Made by a program: the position numbers and the translations under genes. This document shows, piece by piece, positions 17,219 to 27,031 of a stretch of DNA of 64,000 bases. Every line of letters starts with the position of its first letter. The first letter of the stretch is position 1. Source of the DNA: an uncultured delta proteobacterium (GTDB lineage Bacteria > Desulfobacterota > Desulfomonilia > UBA1062); NCBI GenBank assembly GCA_963798485.1, contig CAWCTR010000017.1, positions 96,001-160,000 on the forward strand, written 5' to 3'. Under the pieces are notes generated by a model. The model was not told the DNA's origin. It made no database searches and saw only the letters and a program-made list of their open reading frames with translations.

Positions 17219-17779
17219 TTACCCTCCGATTATCGTGTTTTCATATGCCAGCAGGGCTGCCTGGGCATTTTTATCCGGCCTGCGATCCGAGAATTCTTCC
17301 TTGATGGCCTGTATAAGTGTCTCCATACCGATGATAGCGCTGGCAAAGGCAAATGCGCCGATGATGCCGGAATTTACCATTCCGTCGGGAAGCCCTGCCT
17401 TTATTGAGAGCGAGCTCACATCACAGACAGCCACCTTCCTCCCGTCAAACCGGTAGTCATCGATGCTGCAGGGTGAATTGACGACAATGAGGCCGTCTTC
17501 CTTCAACCCGCTTACGATATTTTCCTCTTCCAGTAAAACGTGGTCGAGCACGACGATGATGTCGGGTTTCTCAATGGGGGAGAGGTCATATATCTTTTTT
17601 TTGGAGATTTTAAGCGAGGTGAAAACCGGCGCACCCCTCCTCTCGGTCCCGAAGGTCGGCACCATGACCACACCTGCATAGCCCGAGGCAAACATGGCCT
17701 TGGCCAGAATCTTTGCCGCAGTAATGGCGCCCTGTCCGCCGCGACCATGCCACCTGATATCGATCTTGTCATTCTTCAT
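17219..17779 (-). CDS. porC: 2-oxoacid:ferredoxin oxidoreductase gamma subunit
   Basis: IRWHGRGGQGAITAA, FGTERRGAPV. Confidence 0.92.
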   Translation of the reverse strand: MKNDKIDIRWHGRGGQGAITAAKILAKAMFASGYAGVVMVPTFGTERRGAPVFTSLKISKKKIYDLSPIEKPDIIVVLDHVLLEEENIVSGLKEDGLIVVNSPCSIDDYRFDGRKVAVCDVSSLSIKAGLPDGMVNSGIIGAFAFASAIIGMETLIQAIKEEFSDRRPDKNAQAALLAYENTIIGG

Positions 17780-18012
17780 GGTTTCCCTGCTGCCTTAATA
17801 TGTCTTTATGTCAGATTTTTGACTGAATCGGATTGTATGGTTCTTGTGTAATATGTGTAATAGAAGATAATATTGTGGCCATTTTCCATGTGCTGCGGTT
17901 CCTAAGTGAGCTGATCTTCTCTGTTTCCCGTTTCCGTACTGCATGCATCTTATGCTTCGTGGCCGGCATGTACAATGCCGAGTCACTATATATCAAGACC
18001 AGGGATTAATCA

Positions 18013-18028
18013 AGGCACATACTTTGCA
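18013..18028 (+). promoter_or_regulatory. Sigma54 -24/-12 promoter
   Basis: AGGCACATACTTTGCA (GG-N10-GC) about 43 bp upstream of ATG 18071. Confidence 0.65.
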
Positions 18029-18070
18029 TTAAGCCAGAGTGTTATAAGTGATCAAACACAAAGGGGAGAT

Positions 18071-19051
18071 ATGATGATCGTACGAGAAGCCAGTGAATCA
18101 TCGATGAGAAGAAAGGCAGTGTCCCACGATCAGAACCGGAACCGGCCATTAGGGTTGTTCACCGAGAGCATCATGAGCCTCTTGATGAGCCATAATACCC
18201 AAAGCGCCTTTACGGAACTGGCCTCACTCATGGGGCAGACCTTTCCCTTGGCTTCACCCGCCCTCTATACCAGGACAAAAGGGTTGGAGATGAGGGCATA
18301 CTCGGTGCTTGAAGGCAAAGATGGGGGGGATTATGATGCCATGAGGGTGTTAGGGTCCGAACGGTTCACCTATACACGGGTGCTGGCCGGCGGGCAGGCC
18401 CCATATAGCCCATCCAGGATCGATATCTCTCTGGTAAGCAGCACGTATATGCAGGTGATTCTCTCAATTAATCCAGGTGTTCACGAGGCCATTTTCCGGG
18501 ATTGGGCCAATTATTTGACGCCCGCCATTACCAAATTGATGGACTATGAACTCCTCATGAACATGGCATTCAGGGATGGACTCACCGGACTGCTCAATTA
18601 CCGGGCCTTCTCCGAGACCCTTATTGTTGAGGGGGATCGTGCACGGCGCTACAAGACAACCTTCTCACTCATGATGGTTGATATCGACCATTTCAAGCGG
18701 GTAAACGATGAACATGGTCATCAGGTTGGTGACATGGTTCTCAGTACTATTGCAAGCAGGTTTCAGAGCAGGCTTCGCAAGAGCGACATGGTATTCCGTT
18801 ACGGGGGCGAGGAATTCATGATATTACTTCCCCAGACCGGGATTTATAAGGCGTCTCTTCTGGCTGAGAGATTACGCGTTGCGGTTGAGAAGATGAGCTT
18901 CCAGGGAGATCTTGCCATTACCATCAGTATCGGTATCGGTCAATATCAGGATGGACGAACGCATACGGATCTTGTAAAACAGGTAGACACAGGACTCTAT
19001 CTCGCAAAAGCCAAGGGCCGAAATCGCGTAGAAATCTATAAAGACATCTAG
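18071..19051 (+). CDS. Diguanylate cyclase (GGDEF domain)
   Basis: DGLTGLLN, DIDHFK.VND.HGH.VGD, RKSD..RYGGEEF (RxxD I-site present). GGGGAG RBS before 18071. Confidence 0.93.
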   Translation: MMIVREASESSMRRKAVSHDQNRNRPLGLFTESIMSLLMSHNTQSAFTELASLMGQTFPLASPALYTRTKGLEMRAYSVLEGKDGGDYDAMRVLGSERFTYTRVLAGGQAPYSPSRIDISLVSSTYMQVILSINPGVHEAIFRDWANYLTPAITKLMDYELLMNMAFRDGLTGLLNYRAFSETLIVEGDRARRYKTTFSLMMVDIDHFKRVNDEHGHQVGDMVLSTIASRFQSRLRKSDMVFRYGGEEFMILLPQTGIYKASLLAERLRVAVEKMSFQGDLAITISIGIGQYQDGRTHTDLVKQVDTGLYLAKAKGRNRVEIYKDI

Positions 19052-19083
19052 TTTATTAACATAAGCATAATTAGGATAATGAA

Positions 19084-19911
19084 ATGAATATTGACAATTT
19101 GCTTGACCTGGGAGCAGGGCTTTATGCCTCCGGCCCTGATGGGAAAAAGGTAAAGGGCACGATAACTGATATTAATGAAGAGGATATATTCATTTTTGTG
19201 CCTGAATCAGGCATTGAGGTTGCTTTGGGTGAAATCTTGAAGGTGACGGACGGCGAGGACTCCGTGCTTGCCAAGATTATTGAGCGGACAGGAAAAGGCT
19301 TTAGGCTCTCTATCGAATGCTATTTATCCCCGGGCCATGAAAGACGCCAGGATGTCAGGATTTATGACAAGGTCTACCATCACGTGGGCTTAATCTGCCA
19401 TGCAAGCGAAAAAACACGCTTGTTGCCGGTCGCGTTAGAGCGCATTCATGCAAACAAGCTCATCATCGATTCGTTTCTCAAGGGGAAATATGGATATCCC
19501 GGCGCTGATGAATCAGCCTACCAAAAGGAGACACCGGTGAACCAGAATCTCTGGGAGATCAACCGGAAACTCGATCTTTTGATCCATATGTTCCTTGCAG
19601 AAGAATTCCGGTCTCTCATGAACAGCACGCTTAAGGATGTCAACATCTCGGCCACCGGCCTCCGGTTTCTATCAGAGCAGGCATATGAGATAGGTGATCT
19701 TGTGGAGATCCACCTCATCCTGCCCATGGTTCCGCTCCTTTTTGTCAGGTTTGCAGGCGAGGTTATCCGTGTCAAAGGGCTCACAAGCTCTCAAGCCAGA
19801 CGCTATGCCGTGGCTGTGAAATATCTCCAGGTCGATAATGATACAAAAGAGGATATCATCCGCTATCTCTTCAGAAGGCAGCGCGAGGTCTTGAGGAAAA
19901 GGCAGTCATAA
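19084..19911 (+). CDS. PilZ-domain c-di-GMP receptor
   Basis: ERRQDVR (RxxxR) and NISATG (D/NxSxxG) motifs. Confidence 0.85.
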   Translation: MNIDNLLDLGAGLYASGPDGKKVKGTITDINEEDIFIFVPESGIEVALGEILKVTDGEDSVLAKIIERTGKGFRLSIECYLSPGHERRQDVRIYDKVYHHVGLICHASEKTRLLPVALERIHANKLIIDSFLKGKYGYPGADESAYQKETPVNQNLWEINRKLDLLIHMFLAEEFRSLMNSTLKDVNISATGLRFLSEQAYEIGDLVEIHLILPMVPLLFVRFAGEVIRVKGLTSSQARRYAVAVKYLQVDNDTKEDIIRYLFRRQREVLRKRQS

Positions 19912-19983
19912 ACACCAAGGTGTACCTGCCTTCATCCCTCATGATTGACTTCATAATAACGCTTGGCCTATAGATGCTAGGCT

Positions 19984-22239
19984 GTGACGCGCACAAAAAA
20001 AATTGCCCTATCGATAGTCCTTGCATTGGGATTATTTTGTATACTGTATGGTGCAGTATTAACGCTCAATGTCTATCGGGAGATGATGAAGATCAACACC
20101 GGGTCCCTTTGGCATCTGCCCACCAGGATCTACAGCGCTCCGTTTGATCTTGCCCCAGGGGTGGACATCAGACGATCGGGTCTGATGTCCAGGCTTACCC
20201 ATCTGGGATACCGAAGTGCTTCCACCGTGGCATCGCCGGGCCAATATCATCTATTCAAAGGTGGTATCATCATCTATCTCCATCCATTCGAATATCCCGA
20301 TGGTGTCCGGAAGGCCGAAAAGGTAAGGGTGTTTCTGGATGGAAATCAGGTAAAGACGATTGTCTCAGATAAAACCCGCCAGGAAATCGCATCGGCCAGG
20401 CTGGAGCCTGAATGCATTACAACCGTTTACGATGCCGGATTTGAGGACAGAGAGCTCATCAAACGTAAGGAATGCCCGGCGCAATTGATCAATGCCCTCT
20501 TGTGCGTTGAGGACAAGAGGTTTTACGAACACTCTGGCATCGACCTAAGGTCCATGATAAGGGCGCTGTTTGCGGATATGTTCCACGCCCATGTGGTTGA
20601 GGGAGGCTCCACCATCACCCAGCAGCTCGTCAAGAATCTGTTCCTTACTCATGAGAGGACGTTGAGCCGGAAGCTCAAGGAGATATGGCTGTCTTCAATC
20701 ATGGAGATGGTCTTTACCAAGGATGAGATCCTCACCATGTATATGAACGAGATCTACCTTGGGCGCTTCGGTCCTGCAGGCATCTATGGGTTCGGCAGGG
20801 CCTCAAAGATCTTCTTCGATAAGGGCGTCACTGATCTTACCCTTAATGAAGCAGCCTTGCTTGTCGGTCTCATTCGTGCACCGAACATCTACTCCCCATA
20901 TACGCATCCGAAGATGGCGCTTGAGAGGAGAGACACCGTACTGGCTGCTATGAGAGACCAAGGCAGGATCACGTCCACGCAATACGACCAGGCAGTACAC
21001 AAACCCCTAAGCGTAGTCTCATTCATCACACCCTCAAGGCAGGCCCCGTTCTTTATCGATCATGTCCTGTCTTCGGCAGGCGCCCTCTATCCTGAAGAAG
21101 AATTTCTCACAAAAGGCGGATTCCGTATCTTCACGACCCTTGACATGAACATGCAAAGGATCATGGAAGAAGTCTTAGAAAGTGGAACAGCATCACTTGC
21201 AAAGAATATCCAGGTTGCATCGGTCATTATCAATCCCGCAACCGGAGCAATAAAGGCCATGGTGGGCGGCAGGGACTATGGAACATCTCAGTTCAACAGG
21301 GTCACCTCCATCAGGCGAAGTATCGGATCTCTGGTTAAGCCCATTATCTATTACTCCGCCCTCAAGGATGGCTACTGCCTGTCGAGCATCCTGGATGACA
21401 GCCCCCTGACGGTAAAGCTTGAGAACAAGAGCACCTGGGCGCCAATGAATTTTGACAAGGTGAGTCACGGCAACATCTTGCTCTTAAATGCCCTGGCCCG
21501 GTCCTACAATCTGGCTACGGTCCGGCTCGGACTTGCCGTGGGCCTTGAGAGTATTATTCCTGAGGTGAGAAATGTGCTTCCCCGTACAACCGTACTCAAG
21601 CAGCCGTCACTGTTGCTTGGAGCCATCCAATGTTCGCCCCTTGATGTTGCGGGCATGTATTCGGTCTTTGCCACCGGGGGGGTAAGGGTTGAGCCCCGGA
21701 GTCTGGAGGCTATTGTAGACGAACACGGGGCCGTATTCTGGAGGTCGGCGCACAAGCAACCCCAGAGGGTTCTCGACCCCGGGCCCACATATCTTCTCAA
21801 TACGGCACTCCAGGAGACAATCCGCAGTGGTACGGCCAAGACGGCCAAGGCCTATGGTGTCCCTGATGGGATATGCGCCAAGACCGGAACCACCAATGAG
21901 TTGAGAGACTCATGGTTCGCTGCCTATACGCCTGACATGGTGTTCATAACCTGGCTCGGGGATGATGCCTTCAGGGCTATCGGATACACGGGTGCAACAG
22001 GGGCCATGCCTTTTGCCGCCAGGATTGTTGCCCGGCTTGCCATGCCCAGACAATGGGAAATGCCTGATAATGTGACCTTGTGCGCTATTGATCCCATAAA
22101 CGGCAAACGCGCCACAAGCTGGACCGATTCCCCGGTCACGCTGCCTTTTATGAAAGGTGCAGAGCCAAAAGAGGCTTCAGAAGAAGGTATGCCCGGTTTA
22201 TGGAAGGCGTTGAAGCACATATTTCCATTCGGGCAATGA
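19984..22239 (+). CDS. mrcB: Class A penicillin-binding protein PBP1B
   Basis: TM helix, UB2H-like region, EDKRF..H.G, GGSTITQQ, RKLKE, GSLVKP, SYN, KTGT. Confidence 0.92.
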   Translation: MTRTKKIALSIVLALGLFCILYGAVLTLNVYREMMKINTGSLWHLPTRIYSAPFDLAPGVDIRRSGLMSRLTHLGYRSASTVASPGQYHLFKGGIIIYLHPFEYPDGVRKAEKVRVFLDGNQVKTIVSDKTRQEIASARLEPECITTVYDAGFEDRELIKRKECPAQLINALLCVEDKRFYEHSGIDLRSMIRALFADMFHAHVVEGGSTITQQLVKNLFLTHERTLSRKLKEIWLSSIMEMVFTKDEILTMYMNEIYLGRFGPAGIYGFGRASKIFFDKGVTDLTLNEAALLVGLIRAPNIYSPYTHPKMALERRDTVLAAMRDQGRITSTQYDQAVHKPLSVVSFITPSRQAPFFIDHVLSSAGALYPEEEFLTKGGFRIFTTLDMNMQRIMEEVLESGTASLAKNIQVASVIINPATGAIKAMVGGRDYGTSQFNRVTSIRRSIGSLVKPIIYYSALKDGYCLSSILDDSPLTVKLENKSTWAPMNFDKVSHGNILLLNALARSYNLATVRLGLAVGLESIIPEVRNVLPRTTVLKQPSLLLGAIQCSPLDVAGMYSVFATGGVRVEPRSLEAIVDEHGAVFWRSAHKQPQRVLDPGPTYLLNTALQETIRSGTAKTAKAYGVPDGICAKTGTTNELRDSWFAAYTPDMVFITWLGDDAFRAIGYTGATGAMPFAARIVARLAMPRQWEMPDNVTLCAIDPINGKRATSWTDSPVTLPFMKGAEPKEASEEGMPGLWKALKHIFPFGQ

Positions 22240-22256
22240 TATAATGTAAATGGTTT

Positions 22257-22441
22257 GTAGGGGCGGGCCTTGTGCCCGTCCTGTAGTATGGGTGGAAGTG
22301 AATAGTAAATGGAAATGGCTGTAAGAGCGGCTTCAGCCGCGATGGTTGTTCGTCGATGGTTGTAGGGGCAGGCCTTGTGCCTGCCCTGACCCCTTAGATG
22401 TTGAATCCATGTGCGGGGTTTCGTTCCTCAACCCCGCCTAC
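22257..22441. repeat. Cluster of four GTAG-type REP palindromes
   Basis: GTAGGGGCGGGCCTTGTGCCCGTCC (22257), GTAAGAGCGGCTTCAGCCGCGAT (22321), GTAGGGGCAGGCCTTGTGCCTGCCC (22362) and minus-strand GTAGGCGGGGTTGAGGAACGAAACCCCGC (22413-22441). Confidence 0.75.
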
Positions 22442-22680
22442 CGCCTAGATTTGATCGTACAATAATGGTGGCGTAGTTATATTGGAGCCTTACAAGTCAT
22501 TAAAGACTAATGGTCTTGAGTAAAGATCCATGTACGTACAACCCTGACTCAGGCCATGACGTTTGGCAATAAATCAACGGTTTCTTTGTGGGATGTTTTA
22601 ATACATATTAACAGCAGTTGACCATTAACTTTCTTGATTTCCAACTAAGCAGATAGTTAGCACATAGACAAGGAGAATCC

Positions 22681-23967
22681 ATGAAAAACAGAAGCTTATT
22701 AACTTGGGTTAAGAGCTTGGCAGCACAAGGTGGGATTATTGTCTTCTTCATCATGGCATTTGAAGTCATGATAATGATCAGCCCCTTTGCATTCTTCTTC
22801 TATTCCGTTTTCAATCCTGTACTCCATCAACTGGGGAGCCATATGGCAACAAGGTGGATGACAGATTTTTTCCTGCCACATATGATCCTTCCACCTACTT
22901 TATTTCTGAAAACAATCCGTATATTGGGCTCTGGTCTTTTTGTTATCGGCTCCGTAACCTTCGTTATCTGTGCACTCCAGGTCTACCTTGGGAAAATCTT
23001 TAAATGGGGTATAGCAAGCAGAGGGCTCTACAGAGTAATCAGACATCCACAGTACCTTGCCTTGAGCCTATGGGGTATAGGGATGACTATCCTTTGGCCC
23101 AGATTCCTTGTCCTGGTAACACTTTCTATAATGTTCATACTCTACTACTTCTTAGCCAAAGATGAAGAGAGAAGGATGCTCAGCCGGTACGGAGAAAGCT
23201 ATCACAGATATATCGAGCAAACTGGAATGTTTCTTCCTCGTCCTTTTGAAAATTGGATTCCTGATCTGTTCAGTGGAACCGGCAATCACCTGCTTAAGTA
23301 TGCAGTTATTATTTTGGGGATTCCCCTGATCGTCATCGGATCAGGCTTCCTTCTCAGAGCTATTACCATGCACTCACTCCTATTTGAATCCGGCAGCAAT
23401 ATAACCCTGGTGTCAATCCTTCCGGAAGACGATGGTATGAGCAATAAGATCATCAATGATATTTCAGCAGGAGGTCGTACCATAGCCCGATTATCTTTTC
23501 TTCAGCCTGGCAAGGACTATCTTGGCTATGTCATGCCTCCGGATTACATCATGCAGGGGATGATTGCCGATACCGGTGATGAGTTCCACCTGCACAAGCA
23601 GCAGCATACCTTTGCCCTCATAACAGACTGGGTTCTTAATCCCTTCGAACACCTGAGACGTTCTCCCTCGGCTGTCATGGCAAAGATGTATGGTGTTGAT
23701 CCTGCAATGGCAAGACGACACCACTGCCCTCTAGCAATAAATGATGAATCTATCCAATGTGAGACCTGTCCATACAGACGTGTGGTCTTTATCGAGATAG
23801 ACCATGACGTAAAAGGGCATTTTTCACAAAAGAGCCTTTTCTCCTTCGATGCAGAACGGGTTCCGGTTTGCTTCATCGATATCAATGCCCTGACCGGTGA
23901 AATTGTAAATATAAGAAAGGTCCAGAAGGCTACTGCTTGGAAGGATGTACCCACTCCAACCATCTGA
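22681..23967 (+). CDS. ICMT/PEMT-like membrane methyltransferase domain plus uncharacterised His/Cys-rich C-terminal domain
   Basis: GLYRVIRHPQY, EERRML..YG..Y..Y; C-terminal HLHKQQH, RRHHCP, CETCPY. Confidence 0.75.
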   Translation: MKNRSLLTWVKSLAAQGGIIVFFIMAFEVMIMISPFAFFFYSVFNPVLHQLGSHMATRWMTDFFLPHMILPPTLFLKTIRILGSGLFVIGSVTFVICALQVYLGKIFKWGIASRGLYRVIRHPQYLALSLWGIGMTILWPRFLVLVTLSIMFILYYFLAKDEERRMLSRYGESYHRYIEQTGMFLPRPFENWIPDLFSGTGNHLLKYAVIILGIPLIVIGSGFLLRAITMHSLLFESGSNITLVSILPEDDGMSNKIINDISAGGRTIARLSFLQPGKDYLGYVMPPDYIMQGMIADTGDEFHLHKQQHTFALITDWVLNPFEHLRRSPSAVMAKMYGVDPAMARRHHCPLAINDESIQCETCPYRRVVFIEIDHDVKGHFSQKSLFSFDAERVPVCFIDINALTGEIVNIRKVQKATAWKDVPTPTI

Positions 23968-24055
23968 CATTCGGGCAGCTCTGATGCTGCATACAGAGCC
24001 TTATAAAAGATCTTATGTTCGGATAGTAGTGTAGTACTATAGAGAGTTATCCTTC

Positions 24056-24952
24056 ATGGAAGAGACTTATGTCACCAGATCTCAGGGGGAGCTTACACTC
24101 CTTCACCTGTTCTTTTCTTTCTTAAGACTTGGCATTACTGCATTCGGTGGGCCTGCCATGATTGCTTATATCCGAAAGATGGTTGTCATCCAGAAACAAT
24201 GGCTAGATGGAGAAACCTTTCAAAATGGTACAGCTCTCTGCCAGTCAATACCAGGTGCAACCGTGATGCAGATGGTTGCCTATATCGGTCTTAGAATACG
24301 AGGGGTGAAAGGGGCTGTAGTAAGTTTCATCGGATTCGGTCTTCCTGCTTTTCTCCTCATGATGATATTTTCAATTTGTTATACCTCCATGCTCTCTTTA
24401 CATAAGGTCACTTCAGCCCTCAGTGGCCTGCAGGCTATCATCATCGCTGTGATAGCAAACAGTGCCATTACCAAGATCGACTTACTTGCATTTGGAGGAG
24501 GGTTCACTTCAGTGCCTCTCATGTATCATGAGGTTGTCGAGATTCACTCCTGGTTAGACAGACAGACATTCCTCAATGGGATCATCCTTGGTCAGTTTTC
24601 TCCTGGCCCTATTGTAATCACGGCAACATTTGTTGGGTACCTTATGCACGGTATCCTGGGAGCATTTGTTGCCACTATAGCTATATTCCTCCCATCTTTT
24701 TTACTCGTGATCGGTGTTTCTCCCTGGTTCGACAGGTTATTGGCATTGCCATATTTCTCCAGGACAATTAATGGAATCTTGTGCTCTTTCATAGGGCTTC
24801 TCATTATGGTTGCCATTCGTTTTAGTTTCATGGTTCACTGGGATTCTTCCCATATCCTTCTTGCTTCAGCCGCTTTTGGAGCATTACTATTGAATATTGA
24901 TCTCCTCTGGGTAGTGGTTTTTGGGTCTACTATCTCAGTCTTCATTTTTTAG
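24056..24952 (+). CDS. chrA: Chromate transporter ChrA with in-frame internal deletion
   Basis: Two CHR half-domains (AFGGPA..PG; AFGGG..SPGP) joined directly at ..ANSAIT/KIDLLAFGGG; 298 aa. Confidence 0.75.
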   Translation: MEETYVTRSQGELTLLHLFFSFLRLGITAFGGPAMIAYIRKMVVIQKQWLDGETFQNGTALCQSIPGATVMQMVAYIGLRIRGVKGAVVSFIGFGLPAFLLMMIFSICYTSMLSLHKVTSALSGLQAIIIAVIANSAITKIDLLAFGGGFTSVPLMYHEVVEIHSWLDRQTFLNGIILGQFSPGPIVITATFVGYLMHGILGAFVATIAIFLPSFLLVIGVSPWFDRLLALPYFSRTINGILCSFIGLLIMVAIRFSFMVHWDSSHILLASAAFGALLLNIDLLWVVVFGSTISVFIF

Positions 24953-25023
24953 CTCTGATATCTCATAATACCTATCTTGGCATTGTATCTGTTTATAGTT
25001 GACATATAACTGCTATTATACTA

Positions 25024-25041
25024 ATTTACAATATTATAAAT
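25024..25041. promoter_or_regulatory. Imperfect palindrome, putative ArsR operator
   Basis: ATTTACAATATTATAAAT, downstream of TTGACA (24999-25004) and upstream of the arsR remnant. Confidence 0.45.
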
Positions 25042-25065
25042 AGGTAATCAACCAGGAAGGGATAG

Positions 25066-25266
25066 ATGCCAAAGGCCAAAGAAGATAGAAAAGCCGATAC
25101 TGCTGTGCACAAGGCAAATATTCTCAAGGCACTTGCACATCCTCTGAGGGTAAGGATTTTTGAAGCCATTGCTGATGGAGAAAAACCCATGCTTTCCTGT
25201 GTTGAACAGGCTGTATGCAACATTGCAGATGAGCACATGAAAGTAGCTGCATGTATTCGTAAGTAA
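25066..25266 (+). pseudogene. arsR: ArsR/SmtB repressor remnant lacking the HTH core
   Basis: KANILKALAHPLRVRIFEAIADGEK joined directly to a C-terminal helix. Confidence 0.7.
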
Positions 25267-25347
25267 CCGGTGCTTATCGAAGATATGGTGATCAATACAG
25301 TGTATGCCATGTTCCTTTCAACCCTGAAGCCCAAAGAAGCCATGGAT

Positions 25348-25613
25348 CTGGTACCTCTCTTGTTCTACTTCGTATTCATGTTCCTGGTTACCTTTTTCCT
25401 GGGCAGGAAGCTGGGAGGCAATTATCCACAATGTGCAACGGTGGGATTGACTGGTTCGTCCAATGACTTCGAGCTTGCCATTGCTGTGGCAGTTGCCGTA
25501 TTCGGCATCCAGTCCCAAGCTGCCTTTGCTACGGTTATTGGCCCCTCGTGGAGGTTCCTGTGCTCATCATGATGGTTAACCTGTCGTTGTACTTCAAGAA
25601 AAAATACTTCTAA
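25348..25613 (+). pseudogene. acr3: Acr3 arsenite efflux pump C-terminal remnant, frameshifted
   Basis: [27 protein letters not shown], then in another frame [15 protein letters not shown]. Confidence 0.85.
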
Positions 25614-25639
25614 GGCAAGCAAGAAATAAGGAGGAAACC

Positions 25640-25891
25640 ATGACAACAATGAACATTAAGGTACTTGGCCCCGGCTGTATGAACTGTAAGAATCTTCTGG
25701 AGACCACAAAACAGGCAGTCAAGGATCTGAACGTAGATGCAACCATAGATTATGTGACCGACATGAAGGAGATCGTGAAGTACATCATGAGCACCCCTGG
25801 TCTTGTGCTCGATGAGCAGGTGGTTCACAAGGGGAAACCTCTACCTGACCTGGACAAGGTGAAATCCTTGATTAAAAACCATATAAAATAG
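25640..25891 (+). CDS. Small redox-active disulfide protein (MTH895-like thioredoxin)
   Basis: IKVLGPGCMNC...IMSTPGLVLD. Confidence 0.9.
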   Translation: MTTMNIKVLGPGCMNCKNLLETTKQAVKDLNVDATIDYVTDMKEIVKYIMSTPGLVLDEQVVHKGKPLPDLDKVKSLIKNHIK

Positions 25892-25937
25892 GGAAGAGAC
25901 AACTGGTCCTTGGGTAAGCAATCAAAAGGTTGGAACA

Positions 25938-27011
25938 ATGGATATTGCAGACAACAGCAAGAGAATCATCAACGGGGTTGAACCTCAGAAGTCTTCTCTC
26001 CTAGAGTGGATCGGGAAGTTTACCCTCATGGGAGTACTATGGTGGCTGGTGTACTGGTCATTACAGCCTATTGCAGTCTGGCTGACCTATTCATTGCTTG
26101 GCCTTTCCAAAGGAGGCCATATAGGAGAAGCAGTATTCTTCTTTCTCTTTGAAGCTCCCAAAGTGCTTATGCTTCTGACGATCATTGTCTTTGTTGTGGG
26201 TATCATTCGTTCTTACTTCACCCCAGAACACACAAGGCAGATCCTGGCAGGTAAACGGGAGTCAGTAGGAAACGTGCTTGCTGCTATGCTCGGCATTGTG
26301 ACACCATTTTGTTCGTGCTCAGCAGTCCCTCTCTTCATGGGCTTTGTCCAGGCTGGAGTACCCCTGGGTGTAACCCTGTCCTTCCTCATTGCAGCTCCCA
26401 TGATCAATGAAATAGCTGTAGTACTTCTATTCGGGATGTTCGGATGGAAGGTAGCCCTCATGTACATAACCACTGGGCTCATCATTGCCATAGTTTCAGG
26501 ATTTGTCATCGGAAGGCTCAAGCTCGGAAGGTATGTCGAGGACTGGGTGTACGAGATGCAGGCAGCCCAGATTGATGCTGACATGCCCAGTCTGACCTTC
26601 ACTGACCGTATCATGATGGGCAAAGCTGCACTCATAGAGATTGTAGGAAAGGTGTGGCCTTATGTGCTGGCAGGGATTGCAGTGGGTGCAGGAATTCACG
26701 GATATGTCCCTGAAGGGTTCATGGCATCATTTATGGGAAAGAGTGCCTGGTGGGCTGTTCCTGCTGCTGTAGTCCTGGGTGTTCCCATGTACTCAAATGC
26801 AGCAGGGATCATACCCATCGTTCATGCCCTGCTCGAAAAAGGAGCTGCCCTTGGGACCGTACTGGCATTCATGATGGCAGTCATCGGGCTTTCCCTGCCT
26901 GAAATGATCATCCTGAGAAATGTTCTGAAAAGGCAGCTCATAGCTGTCTTTGTCGGTGTCGTTGCATCGGGGATTATTGTAGTGGGGTATCTGTTCAACT
27001 TCATATTCTGA
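25938..27011 (+). CDS. ArsP/DUF318-family permease
   Basis: TPFCSCSAVP, FLIAAP, GVPMYSNAAG, LSLPE. Confidence 0.9.
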   Translation: MDIADNSKRIINGVEPQKSSLLEWIGKFTLMGVLWWLVYWSLQPIAVWLTYSLLGLSKGGHIGEAVFFFLFEAPKVLMLLTIIVFVVGIIRSYFTPEHTRQILAGKRESVGNVLAAMLGIVTPFCSCSAVPLFMGFVQAGVPLGVTLSFLIAAPMINEIAVVLLFGMFGWKVALMYITTGLIIAIVSGFVIGRLKLGRYVEDWVYEMQAAQIDADMPSLTFTDRIMMGKAALIEIVGKVWPYVLAGIAVGAGIHGYVPEGFMASFMGKSAWWAVPAAVVLGVPMYSNAAGIIPIVHALLEKGAALGTVLAFMMAVIGLSLPEMIILRNVLKRQLIAVFVGVVASGIIVVGYLFNFIF

Positions 27012-27031
27012 ACCGAAGGAATAGAAAAATA

